A stretch of 64,000 nucleotides of DNA from the IMG/VR virus record IMGVR_UViG_3300017786_003062; one strand, 5' to 3'. The translations under genes and the position numbers were made by a program. Shown here piece by piece: positions 47,153-57,808 of the stretch. Source of the stretch: an uncultured virus (IMG/VR IMGVR_UViG_3300017786_003062). Its lineage: Duplodnaviria > Heunggongvirae > Uroviricota > Caudoviricetes. The notes under the pieces were generated by a model. It saw nothing but the letters and a program-made list of their open reading frames with translations, had not been told where the DNA came from and did no database searches. Every line of letters starts with the position of its first letter. Position 1 is the first letter of the stretch.

Positions 47153-48643
47153 ATGGCATATACTATTGATAGATATAATGGAACTACTTTAACAGTTGTT
47201 GAAGATGGAACCGTGGATCAAACTAGTGATATTAAACTAGTTGGTAAAAATTACGCCGGTTACGGTGAAATTCAGAACGAAAACTTTTTACACTTATTAG
47301 AAAACTTTAGTGGTGCTAACCAGCCTCCAAAAGCCATTTCGGGACAGGTTTGGTACGACTCAGGTGCTAATAAGCTAAAATTTTATGATGGATCTAAGTT
47401 TAGAACTACAGGCGGTGCTGAAGTAGCCGCAACTGCACCAGCTGGTTTAGCAACTGGCGACTTATGGTGGGATTCAACAAACGAACAATTATATGCATAT
47501 AGCGGTACAGGTTATGTACTAGTAGGACCACAGGGTGCAGGTACAACTGTTACACAGATGGTTTCAGCTAACGTTAGAGATACAACTAACGTAAACAGAT
47601 TAGTTATTAAGGCTATTGTTAACGATGAAACAATTTATATTATTTCAGGCGCAACATTTACTATTGATAGTACAGACCCACTTAATGCTATTACAGGATT
47701 TGACGTTGTTAAAAAAGGTTTAACACTAAGAAATACAACAAACGCAACAGGCGGTGTTACAAGTACACAGGATTATTACTGGGGTACAGCAAGTAACTCA
47801 TTAAAACTAGGTGGCTATAGTGCTACTGACTTTGCATTAGCAGGTTCAGGATCATTTACATCACTTGTTAGTTTTGCAGATGCAGGTATTTCAATTGGTA
47901 ACTCAAGTGATTTAAAAATCTTTATTGAAAATGACAACGAAGGCGTTATTAAAAATGACGTTGGAACTAAAATTAAACTTAAAGTTGATAACGTAGGTGG
48001 TGTTGAGCAACATGTAGCAACAGTACAAGACACAGGTATTATGCCTGGTTCTACTAACACATACGCAATTGGCGGAACAGGTGCTGTATTCAGTGAAATG
48101 CATGCCACTAACTTTTACGGGTTAGCGGAAAATGCACAAAAAATGCAAGTTGGTGTAAACTACCGTAGTGCAGATACAGCGGCAACTAATAACACAGTAG
48201 CAGTTAGAGATGCAAGTGGTAATTTAGTAGCAAACAAATTTACAGGTACAGCAACATCAGCAGAATACGCTGACTTGGCTGAGATGTACAAAACAGAAGA
48301 TGAATTGCCAACAGGCACTATTGTTAGTGTTCCAAAATTTGACGAAGACACAGACGCAGAAGTAAGAGCTATTGAGCCAACTGAAATTCCAGTAGGTGTA
48401 ATTAGTGCTAAACCGGCGTTCTTAATGAACAGCGAAGCAGAAGGTCAAGCAGTTGCACTTAAAGGGCGTGTTCCAGTAAGAGTAACAGGCATCGTTAATA
48501 AAGGTGAAGCAATTTATGCTGACTCACAAGGACTTGGACATACTATTAGAGCTGAAGGACACTTTTTAGTAGGTATTGCCTTAGAGAGTTGGGAACCAGA
48601 AGCAGAAGAAGAAGGCTTAGTAGAAGCCATTCTGAAAGTATAG
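47153..48643 (+). CDS. Tail fibre with C-terminal intramolecular chaperone (peptidase G2-like) domain
   Basis: YADLAEMY, VGVISAKPAFLMN, VALKGRVPVRV; late promoter TAAATA at 47128-47133. Confidence 0.7.
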   Translation: MAYTIDRYNGTTLTVVEDGTVDQTSDIKLVGKNYAGYGEIQNENFLHLLENFSGANQPPKAISGQVWYDSGANKLKFYDGSKFRTTGGAEVAATAPAGLATGDLWWDSTNEQLYAYSGTGYVLVGPQGAGTTVTQMVSANVRDTTNVNRLVIKAIVNDETIYIISGATFTIDSTDPLNAITGFDVVKKGLTLRNTTNATGGVTSTQDYYWGTASNSLKLGGYSATDFALAGSGSFTSLVSFADAGISIGNSSDLKIFIENDNEGVIKNDVGTKIKLKVDNVGGVEQHVATVQDTGIMPGSTNTYAIGGTGAVFSEMHATNFYGLAENAQKMQVGVNYRSADTAATNNTVAVRDASGNLVANKFTGTATSAEYADLAEMYKTEDELPTGTIVSVPKFDEDTDAEVRAIEPTEIPVGVISAKPAFLMNSEAEGQAVALKGRVPVRVTGIVNKGEAIYADSQGLGHTIRAEGHFLVGIALESWEPEAEEEGLVEAILKV

Positions 48644-48655
48644 AGGTAAAAGAAT

Positions 48656-49549
48656 ATGGCAGTCGGCGATATAATTACAGCGGCAAGGTACAACAGTTTA
48701 CAATCACGTGTTGCTACTGTAATGGGTGTAGGGTCAGGCGATGACGGTTACGGTCAAAATTTAAATAGTGCCCAGGTAAACGTTAATGATAATGTACAAG
48801 CAATTGACATTAACCAACTATACACTGATATGGCAAACGGACGTATTCATCAAACAGGTGCAACACCGTCTGAGATTAACATTGTAACACAAAACGTTGA
48901 TATTGTTTTAGACAGTGATACAATTAACAAAAAAGGTATTGTACAATTTGAAAATCTTGCTACAACACTTGAAAATGATAAATTTGTAGCACACGGAAGT
49001 CAAACTACAGCTGAAGCGGCCATTGCAGGTACTAGAACTACTTCATGGAACGGTACAATTTCACATATTATTGATGTAACATTTGCAGATGCAAATCATC
49101 AAAGACACTATTTCAATGCAGGCGGAACTATTCGTTTTGCTTCTAACATTACATATGTTGGATCAAGTAGTAAAACAATTGACTGGATGACTATGTTAGT
49201 TAACATGGGTACAGTTAGTATGAACTATACATCAACTACAGCAACAGGATCAGGAAACGGTAGTGCAATTGGTTATCATGATTTAGATGCTAGTTACCAA
49301 CAGCTTTTTGAAAAAACAGGATCAGGGCTATATGCCGCAAACGATTACAAAATCGAAGGATCCAAAGTAAGTGATACAGTTTTACGTTTCAAAGTTACAT
49401 TTAACGATGATAATACAGGTAACCCAAATACAGACGAAAACGTATTAGGTGTACTAAACAGTACAATTACACAATTACGTCCAACCGGAGCGGCAGTAGA
49501 AGTAGCTTCTCCAAATTACTCCACAAACGGCAGTTCAAATCTAAGTTAA
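48656..49549 (+). CDS. Virion structural protein
   Basis: T/G/N-rich 297 aa, GDIITAARYN N-terminus, RHYFNAGG; in fibre operon with SD GAGG. Confidence 0.6.
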   Translation: MAVGDIITAARYNSLQSRVATVMGVGSGDDGYGQNLNSAQVNVNDNVQAIDINQLYTDMANGRIHQTGATPSEINIVTQNVDIVLDSDTINKKGIVQFENLATTLENDKFVAHGSQTTAEAAIAGTRTTSWNGTISHIIDVTFADANHQRHYFNAGGTIRFASNITYVGSSSKTIDWMTMLVNMGTVSMNYTSTTATGSGNGSAIGYHDLDASYQQLFEKTGSGLYAANDYKIEGSKVSDTVLRFKVTFNDDNTGNPNTDENVLGVLNSTITQLRPTGAAVEVASPNYSTNGSSNLS

Positions 49550-49552
49550 GAC

Positions 49553-49581
49553 TTGCTTTTCTTCCTTAAATAGTGTATAAT
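49553..49581 (+). promoter_or_regulatory. Nested promoters: sigma70 TTGCTT-N17-TATAAT with late TAAATA in the spacer
   Basis: -35 at 49553-49558, -10 at 49576-49581, TAAATA at 49567-49572. Confidence 0.6.
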
Positions 49582-49600
49582 ACACTAAAGGAGAATTAGT

Positions 49601-49954
49601 ATGGATGAACGTCTTGAAAAGGCATTAGAATTTGCCAATTACATGACTACTCTTAACAACCAAAAAAGAGTCTTAAAAGAAAAGTTTTACGAAAGTGCAA
49701 TCCATTACCACAATGGTGGTCAATTCTCAGTAAACAAAGACCTAATGAATTTTTGTAATATGTTAGTAAGCACAGGACAAGAGTCTGTAGTGCTAATTGA
49801 CGACAATGATATTCCAGTAAAAGTTGCTGACATTGAAACATTCCTAAGTGATATTTTAGACATTTATTTTACAGCATCAAACGAGTATCTTACAGAGTAC
49901 GAAAAGATAAGGAGCCTGCGAAAGGTTTCCGGACTTGTAGAATATGAAGAATAG
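49601..49954 (+). CDS. Hypothetical protein (117 aa)
   Basis: SD AAGGAG; first gene of the overlapping glycosyltransferase operon. Confidence 0.75.
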   Translation: MDERLEKALEFANYMTTLNNQKRVLKEKFYESAIHYHNGGQFSVNKDLMNFCNMLVSTGQESVVLIDDNDIPVKVADIETFLSDILDIYFTASNEYLTEYEKIRSLRKVSGLVEYEE

Positions 49955-50792
49955 AGGTGCATTAATATTTGCTAGAAATAACTTAGAAGTAGATTATTGT
50001 AAACAAGCACATTATCTAGCAAAGCGTATTAAAAAATATCTTGGATTACCAACAACTGTTGTAACAGACAGTCTTGATTACTTAAAAGCAACATACACAG
50101 ACTACGAAACAGTATTTGATAAGGTCATTGAAGTACCAAATACTAGAGCGGCAAGTGAAAAACGTTATTATGACGGTTCGGGTGTTTACAAACAACTTGC
50201 TTTTAAGAATGACTTGCGTACACAAGCATATGAACTAACACCTTATGACGAAACAATAATGTTAGATAGTGATTATATCATTGCAAATGATGTACTTAAA
50301 AATTGTTTTACACAAGAACACAATTTCCTAATATATAAAGACGCAAAAGACCTAACAGGATTTAGAGATACTACAGAGTTTCAAAGAATTAGTGAAACTA
50401 GTGTAGACTTTTACTGGGCAACTGTTGTATACTTTAAGAAAAGTAAAGAAGTAGAAACATTTTTTAACTTAACACAACACATACAAGATAACTGGCAACA
50501 CTATAACAGTATTTTTCAAATTAACAAATCATCGTTTCGTAATGATTGGGTGTTTAGTATTGCAATACATATTATGAACGGATATCAAACAGGTAGTTTT
50601 GCAAGTTCTTTACCAGGTAAAAAATATTACACAGCAGATAGAGATATATTGTGGGAATTAAATGATGACAACTTTTTATTTTTAGTAGAAAAAGAAGGAC
50701 ACCTTGGAGAATACACACCTTTGCGTATTAAAGGTAGTAGTGTTCACGTTATGAACAAGTTTAGTTTGAATAGGATCATAGATAATGACTAA
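49944..50792 (+). CDS. GT-A fold glycosyltransferase-like protein (GT8-like)
   Basis: TPYDETIMLDSDY (DxD), WATVVYF, RNDWVFSIA, HVMNK. Confidence 0.7.
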   Translation: MKNRGALIFARNNLEVDYCKQAHYLAKRIKKYLGLPTTVVTDSLDYLKATYTDYETVFDKVIEVPNTRAASEKRYYDGSGVYKQLAFKNDLRTQAYELTPYDETIMLDSDYIIANDVLKNCFTQEHNFLIYKDAKDLTGFRDTTEFQRISETSVDFYWATVVYFKKSKEVETFFNLTQHIQDNWQHYNSIFQINKSSFRNDWVFSIAIHIMNGYQTGSFASSLPGKKYYTADRDILWELNDDNFLFLVEKEGHLGEYTPLRIKGSSVHVMNKFSLNRIIDND

Positions 50793-51618
50793 AGGTATAG
50801 TTTTAATAGCACAAAACAGCGAATATGACTACGTAGAACAAGCGTGTGCGTTAGCTATGAGTATTAGAGCTACTAATGACACTAAAGTTTGTTTGTTAAC
50901 CAACGATAAAGTGCCATCTAGGTATGTAGATCTGTTCGATGTTATCAAAGAAATACCGTGGGAAGACGATTCCGCTAACATGGAATGGAAGGTAGCTAAC
51001 CGTTGGAAGTTATATCATGCTAGTCCGTATGATGAAACTATTGTAATGGACACAGATATGCTTGTATTACAAAACATAGACTCATGGTGGAACTTTTTAA
51101 GCAACTATGAAGTGTTCTATACTAGCAAAGTATACACATATAGAGGCGAAGTAGTAAATGATACTTACTATCGTAAAACATATATTGCAAATAACTTGCC
51201 AAATGTGTATGCAGGCTTTCATTACTTTAAAAAATGTGACTTTGCTAAAGACTTTTATTCATGGTTAGAGCTTGTAATGAACAACTGGCAGTTCTTTTAC
51301 GGTCACTATGCAAGTAAAGAGTATCAAAACTTTTTAAGTGTTGACACAAGTACAGCAATCGTTACAAAGATACTAGATTGTGAAGATCAAATTACAAACA
51401 AGAAAGTAACATTTCCTAGTTTTACACATATGAAGCCTAGAATTCAAGGTTGGTATAATCCTAGTGAAACATGGCGTAGTAGAGTAGGTGCATATCTAAC
51501 TGATGACTTAAAATTAAAAATAGGTAATCATCAACAGCAAGGTATTTTCCACTATACTGAGAAAGAATTTTTAGATGAATCTAAAATACAAAAGTACGAA
51601 AGGTATCTTAACATATGA
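50785..51618 (+). CDS. GT-A fold glycosyltransferase-like protein (GT8-like)
   Basis: SPYDETIVMDTDML (DxD), YAGFHYF, FTHMKP, FHYTEK. Confidence 0.72.
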   Translation: MTKGIVLIAQNSEYDYVEQACALAMSIRATNDTKVCLLTNDKVPSRYVDLFDVIKEIPWEDDSANMEWKVANRWKLYHASPYDETIVMDTDMLVLQNIDSWWNFLSNYEVFYTSKVYTYRGEVVNDTYYRKTYIANNLPNVYAGFHYFKKCDFAKDFYSWLELVMNNWQFFYGHYASKEYQNFLSVDTSTAIVTKILDCEDQITNKKVTFPSFTHMKPRIQGWYNPSETWRSRVGAYLTDDLKLKIGNHQQQGIFHYTEKEFLDESKIQKYERYLNI

Positions 51619-52205
51619 AATTAAGTGTAGAGTTACCTAAACAAGAAAGGTATGTAGTATTTGATCCTACTAACGGAGATGTTATTTCAGTACCTAACTA
51701 TAAACCTAAAGATGGAAGTTATATTCCTGTAGAGGAGCATGAAGTTAAAGGTATGATTTCAGGCGAAGAACCTCTTAGCTATTATTATGTACATTATATT
51801 AAACGTACTAAACAATATGAACTTAGACAACGTTCTAATACTAGTATTGACAGTTATCTAGTAGATGATTTAATATACCAATTACCAAGTGTATCATCTG
51901 AAGCACCTGATATCCATGTATTACAAAATATTAAAGATACATGTTGGAAAATTACTATTGGTGGAGATTTAAAAGCAAACATTTTAGCACAGAAAGTTAA
52001 CTTTAAAAATACAATAACATTTAGTATTACAGAAAAAGACGATCCAAATATATTATTAAAAACATTAAGTTTTAGTTTTGCTGATTTATCAGACGTAAAA
52101 TACGTAGTACTGCCTTTTGATAGTGATTTTGAGTTTAGTGCAAAACCAGTTAGCGTATATACAATTAAAAACTTTGATAGATATATGTACGAGGTAATCA
52201 AATGA
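51615..52205 (+). CDS. Hypothetical protein
   Basis: 196 aa, ATGA-coupled on both sides. Confidence 0.75.
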   Translation: MKLSVELPKQERYVVFDPTNGDVISVPNYKPKDGSYIPVEEHEVKGMISGEEPLSYYYVHYIKRTKQYELRQRSNTSIDSYLVDDLIYQLPSVSSEAPDIHVLQNIKDTCWKITIGGDLKANILAQKVNFKNTITFSITEKDDPNILLKTLSFSFADLSDVKYVVLPFDSDFEFSAKPVSVYTIKNFDRYMYEVIK

Positions 52206-53086
52206 AAATAAACATCGCAGAGCAGGATATTATATTTCTATCTTATGACGAACCTAATTGTGAAAAGAATTTTGTTGATTTAGTTAACAAAGTTCCGTGG
52301 GCAAAGCGTGTACACGGTGTAGAAGGATCAGATGCGGCACACAAAGCCTGTGCTGAATTAAGCGAAACTAAACACTTTGTTACAGTAGATGGCGATACAA
52401 TTATTGACCCAGAGTTTTTAAACGTAGTATTAGACTTAGACGAATTAAAAGTTGACGATGATTATCAATTTAGTTGGTGCGGACATATTAATGTTAACGG
52501 ACTAAAATATGGTAATGGTAGTTTAAAAATGTGGACTAAAGACTTTGTAAAAAATATGCAAACGCATGAAAACACAGACGGTGAAGATGATACTAGTATT
52601 GAATTTTGTTACTTTGATAATTACTATCAATTAAATGACAACTATAGTACAAGTCTTATAAATGCAACTCCACATCAAGCATGGAGAGCAGGGTTCCGTG
52701 AAGGAGTCAAGATGAGTTTGAACAGAGGTGCTAAAGTTAAAGACCTTGCAAACGATACTTGGTGGCAAAATTATCAACGTTTGTTAATATGGATGCAAGT
52801 TGGTGCTGATGTAGACAATGGCATATGGAGTGTAATGGGAGCAAGACAAGGTTGTTACATGACAATGTGTACAGATTGGGACTTTGTACAAACAAGAGAC
52901 TTTGTATATCTTAATAAACTGTGGGAAGAAACAAAAAATAAAGATCCGTTAGCATACAGTAAAGAATTAGGTCAACGTCTTAGTAGCGAGTGCGGATTAC
53001 CTCTCTCGTCTACACCTTTTGACGATGAACAAAGTCATTTTTTCAAACAAGTATATATTAACACGGACAGAGTTATTCGTAAATGA
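52202..53086 (+). CDS. Glycosyltransferase-like protein (GT-A, DxD)
   Basis: IIFLSYDEP, AKRVHGVEG..AHKACA, FVTVDGD, NGLKYGNG, AWRAGFREGVK. Confidence 0.6.
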   Translation: MKINIAEQDIIFLSYDEPNCEKNFVDLVNKVPWAKRVHGVEGSDAAHKACAELSETKHFVTVDGDTIIDPEFLNVVLDLDELKVDDDYQFSWCGHINVNGLKYGNGSLKMWTKDFVKNMQTHENTDGEDDTSIEFCYFDNYYQLNDNYSTSLINATPHQAWRAGFREGVKMSLNRGAKVKDLANDTWWQNYQRLLIWMQVGADVDNGIWSVMGARQGCYMTMCTDWDFVQTRDFVYLNKLWEETKNKDPLAYSKELGQRLSSECGLPLSSTPFDDEQSHFFKQVYINTDRVIRK

Positions 53087-54456
53087 ATGAATTAGAAAAA
53101 ATTAAGTCAGTAATGCCTAAAATTGAGAGTGAAACCTCTCCAACATTCTGTTTAGCAAAATGGCATCACACAACTATCTATCTTGCAACAGGAGAAACGC
53201 ATAGTTGTTACCATCCTGCTCCGCATAAAATTCCTTTAGAAGAATTAGAAGGCAATCCTAGTGCGTTACATAATACTATTGAGAAAAAAGAACAACGTAA
53301 ACAAATGCTATGTGGAGATAAACCAGACGGTTGTAGTTACTGTTGGAAAATTGAAGCAATGGGCAAAGATTTTATAAGTGATAGACATATTAAAACTGCA
53401 AGTATATACACACCTGAAAGAGTAGCGGAAATAAAACAAAAAGGGGCGGATTTTAACGTAAATCCTGAGTATATTGAAATTAGTTTTAGTAATGAATGTA
53501 ATTTCAAGTGTGGATACTGTCATCCTAAAGCCTCTAGTAGGTACTGGAACGAAATAAAACAACATGGACCATACGACATGTCAAGCACACATAGGCAAGA
53601 CATTGATTGGTTTGAAGTACAAAAAGACGAAGATACTAATCCATACGTAAAAGCGTTCTGGGAATGGTGGCCTGAACTTAGTAAGACACTAAACATTTTG
53701 CGTATTACAGGTGGTGAGCCGTTAATGCATAAAAGTTTTTGGAAACTGTTAGAAAAGTTAGACAACGATCCTAAGCCACATATACAAATTGAAGTAAACA
53801 GCAACATGGGTGTTAAGCCTAAGCTAGTTGAAAAGCTAACTGAAACAGTTAAGCGTTTAAAAGCAGAAGGTAAGATTAAAAGTTTTAAATTGTACACTAG
53901 TATTGATACTTGGGGACCAAGAGCAGAATATGCACGTACTGGTTTAGACATTAAGTTATGGGAACAAAACTTAGATTATTATCTAAGCAATACAAACTGG
54001 CCTGTAACGTTTATGATTACATTTAATATATTTGGTGTAACTAGTTTTACGCAACTATTAGAAAAAATACTAGAGTGGCGTACAAAATACAATAGTGATG
54101 ACAATGCTACACAATGGCAACGTGTTAGATTTGACACACCTCATTTAAAAGAACCAAGCATATATGACATGAACATTTTACCTAAAGAAGAATTCATGCC
54201 GTATATGGAAAAACATTTACAATTTATTAAAGACAACCAAGACGATAACGACCGTACTAAGTTTACAGGATTAGAATATGAAAAGTTTAAGCGTGTAGTA
54301 GAGTATATGCGTACAACACATTATGAACCACGTAAACTAGAACAAGCACGTAGAGATTTTCATAACTGGTTCAAAGAATTTGATCGTAGACGTAACTGTA
54401 ACTTGGTAGAAACTTTTCCAGAACTAGAAGGCTTTTATAATGACTGCGGAAAGTAA
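53083..54456 (+). CDS. Radical SAM protein with N-terminal SPASM/twitch-like domain
   Basis: CNFKCGYC (CxxxCxxC), ITGGEPL; N-terminal FCLAKW..SCYH..CSYCW. Confidence 0.9.
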   Translation: MNELEKIKSVMPKIESETSPTFCLAKWHHTTIYLATGETHSCYHPAPHKIPLEELEGNPSALHNTIEKKEQRKQMLCGDKPDGCSYCWKIEAMGKDFISDRHIKTASIYTPERVAEIKQKGADFNVNPEYIEISFSNECNFKCGYCHPKASSRYWNEIKQHGPYDMSSTHRQDIDWFEVQKDEDTNPYVKAFWEWWPELSKTLNILRITGGEPLMHKSFWKLLEKLDNDPKPHIQIEVNSNMGVKPKLVEKLTETVKRLKAEGKIKSFKLYTSIDTWGPRAEYARTGLDIKLWEQNLDYYLSNTNWPVTFMITFNIFGVTSFTQLLEKILEWRTKYNSDDNATQWQRVRFDTPHLKEPSIYDMNILPKEEFMPYMEKHLQFIKDNQDDNDRTKFTGLEYEKFKRVVEYMRTTHYEPRKLEQARRDFHNWFKEFDRRRNCNLVETFPELEGFYNDCGK

Positions 54457-55633
54457 TACATTTTGCATACTTCCTTGGATTCATTTCTATGCTAATCCAG
54501 ACGGCAACGTACTTCCTTGTTGTATAGGCGATTGGCGACAACCTCTTGGCAACACACGTAACAACACTATTGAAGAAATATGGAATAGTGAGGAATATAA
54601 AAAATTAAGACTTGCATTATTAAACAACGAAAAGCCTAGTGCGTGTACACAATGTTGGAAGCACGAAGAAGCAGGTTTAGAAAGCAATAGAATTGCACAA
54701 AATAATAGATTTGCACAACATATTAGTATAAAAGACGAAACCAATTTTGACGGTTCGTTAGATATAATGAAGTTGTTATACTTTGATGTGCGTTGGAGTA
54801 ATATTTGTAATTTTAAATGCAGAACCTGTAGTAGTACTTACAGTTCTACATGGGCTGTAGAAGATAACAAGCAAGGTGAAAATAAACCTGTATACATTTT
54901 TGCAGGTGGCGACAACAACGATAACCTTTTTGAACAGTTTAAGCCATACCTCAAAGGCATTCAAGATTATTATTTTGCAGGAGGTGAGCCTCTTATTACA
55001 GATAAGCATTATGATATTTTAGATTATTTGATTGAAAATAAAAAGACTGATGCTGTACTGCAATATAATAGTAATTTAAGTAATTTATTTTTTAAGAAGA
55101 AAAGTATTACAGAGTATTGGAATAATTTTAAACACGTTGAAGTACGTGCAAGTATTGACGGCTATGGAAACAGAGGTGAGTATATTAGAGAAGGTACTGA
55201 CTGGCCAACTATAGAACAGAACTTAAAAATTATTAAAGAAGAAAGTCCGCATGTAATTATTAGTTTTAATTGTGTAGTAAGTGCATTTAATGTACTAACA
55301 CTTGTAGACTTTTTAGAATACATGTCTGGTAAAGGATTTGATGTAAACAATAGTACGCTTTACAATATTGTTGAACCTAATCATTATAGTTTTAATGCAC
55401 TAACAGATGAACAAAGACACACAGCAATAGATAAGTTACAAGCATACGCAAATACAGTAACGCATACAGAACATTTAAGATATGTAAATGGTGTTATTGA
55501 TTACTTGCAAAAGTCAACGTTTGACCAAAGTGCAAATGATTTGTTTAAATCTAAAAATATGTATTTTGATAAAATACGTAATCGTTCTTTTGACGAAACG
55601 TTTCCAGAACTTATTGACGTATTAACGGATTAA
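54440..55633 (+). CDS. Radical SAM protein with N-terminal SPASM/twitch-like domain
   Basis: CNFKCRTC, FAGGEPL, SIDG; N-terminal FCILPW..PCC..IEEIWNS..CTQCW. Confidence 0.92.
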   Translation: MTAESNTFCILPWIHFYANPDGNVLPCCIGDWRQPLGNTRNNTIEEIWNSEEYKKLRLALLNNEKPSACTQCWKHEEAGLESNRIAQNNRFAQHISIKDETNFDGSLDIMKLLYFDVRWSNICNFKCRTCSSTYSSTWAVEDNKQGENKPVYIFAGGDNNDNLFEQFKPYLKGIQDYYFAGGEPLITDKHYDILDYLIENKKTDAVLQYNSNLSNLFFKKKSITEYWNNFKHVEVRASIDGYGNRGEYIREGTDWPTIEQNLKIIKEESPHVIISFNCVVSAFNVLTLVDFLEYMSGKGFDVNNSTLYNIVEPNHYSFNALTDEQRHTAIDKLQAYANTVTHTEHLRYVNGVIDYLQKSTFDQSANDLFKSKNMYFDKIRNRSFDETFPELIDVLTD

Positions 55634-56483
55634 TTTGCGTATTAGGACGCATAATAGTTTCGTACTTTAACATATCCAACCAACGCTGTTTCATTTCATA
55701 CAAGCTAAAGCCCTGTCCAGGTTGACCTAAACATGCACTTGTCATTAACTTAACCCATTTCTTTTGTGTAGCACCTACTACTTTGTCAGTTTTATCACTC
55801 CAGTCATGTTTGAATACGTTCTTTAAGTAGTCGTAGTGTTCAAGTGGAGTAGGATGTCCGTCATGGAAAAGTTTATGTACAATTTTTTTATCTTTTGATA
55901 TTTTAGCTTCTAAGTTATTATTCCACAGCGTAGCATAAAAGCTAGGTAGTATTTGATCTATACTTTCTTCATACATATGTGTAAGTGTTTGTAAATCTAA
56001 GTCTGGGTTTGGTTTTAAGTCCCATTGATTTGAATATTCAAAATCTAACATCTTAATCATATGATGATTGCAACGATGTTTAAGTAATTGGTGGGCACTT
56101 TTAATTAGTGCAAAGTCTCTAACATACGATCCAAACTCGCTAAAGTAGTTTTCAATAAAGTTTTGATTATAGTCACCTTGTGAAAATATATTACCAGGTA
56201 CTAGCCATCCGTCTTTTTCAGGTAGATATCTATCTTCTCTACATACATTAGTCCATTGTACAATAACTAGATCCTCGTGTGTAAAGTTGTATACATTATC
56301 AGCCTGCATAATCATGTTGTGTATATACTGATTACCTGCACCACTACGACCAAAGTTTCTAAACTCTGCTTCGGGAAATTCTACACCTATAATATTAGCC
56401 CATGTACCCCATTGATAACCTGTAAAGCTACAACCAAAGGTAAAAATTCTCTTTGGAGTATTATGTATTAGTTTCTTGCTCAT
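55611..56483 (-). CDS. SGNH/GDSL-like protein
   Basis: FTFGCSFT, NFGRSGAGN, DGHPT (DxH). Confidence 0.6.
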   Translation of the reverse strand: MSKKLIHNTPKRIFTFGCSFTGYQWGTWANIIGVEFPEAEFRNFGRSGAGNQYIHNMIMQADNVYNFTHEDLVIVQWTNVCREDRYLPEKDGWLVPGNIFSQGDYNQNFIENYFSEFGSYVRDFALIKSAHQLLKHRCNHHMIKMLDFEYSNQWDLKPNPDLDLQTLTHMYEESIDQILPSFYATLWNNNLEAKISKDKKIVHKLFHDGHPTPLEHYDYLKNVFKHDWSDKTDKVVGATQKKWVKLMTSACLGQPGQGFSLYEMKQRWLDMLKYETIMRPNTQINPLIRQ

Positions 56484-57747
56484 TTATTTTCTCTACCATG
56501 TATTTAACTAAGCCGGTCATTTGACTCTTAGTATGATTCTCGTCTACCATATTTTTTAAGTTGTGTGCTAGTAGATCAGCTTGTCTCCAACGCCAGTCAA
56601 TCTGTTTAGTAATAGGCAAAGCTGATATTCTATTTACATGTTTTTCAACTTCTACTCTAAGTTTAGACCAACGTTTATATGTATCGTGTTCTTCGTCAAA
56701 GCTATAATCAAAGTTGTTATCAAAGATCTTATAGCCGTAATCTTGTAGTTTTAGATTAGCATGGCGTTGTCCAAATATTAAGAAAGGTTGTAAGTGATAT
56801 ATACTTCTAAAAGTTTTTTCACTCCAGAACAAACTAGTACCTTGCCAATTTTCTGCAAACGTTTCGTTTACTATTTGAAATAATGTTTGTTGGTGCAAGT
56901 AACTACTTAGACTCATAGCATGATTAGTTATAAAGTCATCAGTATCGATTGTAAGCGGAAGGACGTTCTTCTGCCACTTTTTAATATCACTTCCTGATAT
57001 ATTACAACCAGTTGGCATTTGATAACTATGCCAATGTTTTAATGTTTTCTTTTTAAACAAATCATGACTTACTAATCCGTGATAGTATAAATCACTATGA
57101 AAAATTTCGTAAGCACTCAATGTACGGTGCGGTCTATTAACACGACTTAAACTTAAAAATATTTTACCCTTATAGCGTTGTGCAACTTCTTGTTTTTCTT
57201 GTTTCATGCGTCTTTCAACATACTGGTCACAAGTCTCGCCGTCAATCTGTTGTCGTACACTATCGCCAATACTTTCAGCACCGGCTATACCAAACAGCAT
57301 TGATTCAAAGTTATTAAACGTAACAACCTTAATAGATTTTTGTTTATTGTGTTCCATATTAAAACGTACAATGTTACTTTCGTCATACATGTTAGAACTA
57401 AAAAATATAACTTTTTCAGGATCAACACCTGCTTGTTCGCAACTATAATATAAAACATCAAAGTATGGAACATCGTGTATTGTACTAAAGCCTTCTGTAC
57501 TTGTATCAAAAAGGAAAAAACACTTTGGATCGTTTTTTAATTGTTTTAATGCTTTGGGTTTTACAAATCTAAACAAGTTAAGATCAGTATGCCAATCAGG
57601 ATATTGAATTAAACAATGTATTGCACTTGCGTCAATTAACTTGTGTTTTCCGGCACTAATAGCTTCTTTTAATTTCTCAATAGACTGCGTAGTGTGCGGT
57701 CGAGCTACATAATCATTCTTTGCAATAGAGTCTTGAATCAACTTCAT
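56461..57747 (-). CDS. Hypothetical protein, possible glycosyltransferase-related
   Basis: FLSLSRVNRPHR, IVNET, SEKTFRSI..PFLIFG; the SEK motif is reminiscent of GT10-type donor-binding domains. Confidence 0.45.
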   Translation of the reverse strand: MKLIQDSIAKNDYVARPHTTQSIEKLKEAISAGKHKLIDASAIHCLIQYPDWHTDLNLFRFVKPKALKQLKNDPKCFFLFDTSTEGFSTIHDVPYFDVLYYSCEQAGVDPEKVIFFSSNMYDESNIVRFNMEHNKQKSIKVVTFNNFESMLFGIAGAESIGDSVRQQIDGETCDQYVERRMKQEKQEVAQRYKGKIFLSLSRVNRPHRTLSAYEIFHSDLYYHGLVSHDLFKKKTLKHWHSYQMPTGCNISGSDIKKWQKNVLPLTIDTDDFITNHAMSLSSYLHQQTLFQIVNETFAENWQGTSLFWSEKTFRSIYHLQPFLIFGQRHANLKLQDYGYKIFDNNFDYSFDEEHDTYKRWSKLRVEVEKHVNRISALPITKQIDWRWRQADLLAHNLKNMVDENHTKSQMTGLVKYMVEKINEQETNT

Positions 57748-57760
57748 GTGTTTAACTTTC

Positions 57761-57782
57761 CATAAATACTACTATATTTATG
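57761..57782. promoter_or_regulatory. Palindromic pair of late promoters CATAAATA-N6-TATTTATG
   Basis: Perfect 8-bp inverted repeat in the divergent gap; each half is a TAAATA late-promoter motif. Confidence 0.7.
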
Positions 57783-57808
57783 TACGTATATAATGATTGG
57801 AGATCATA

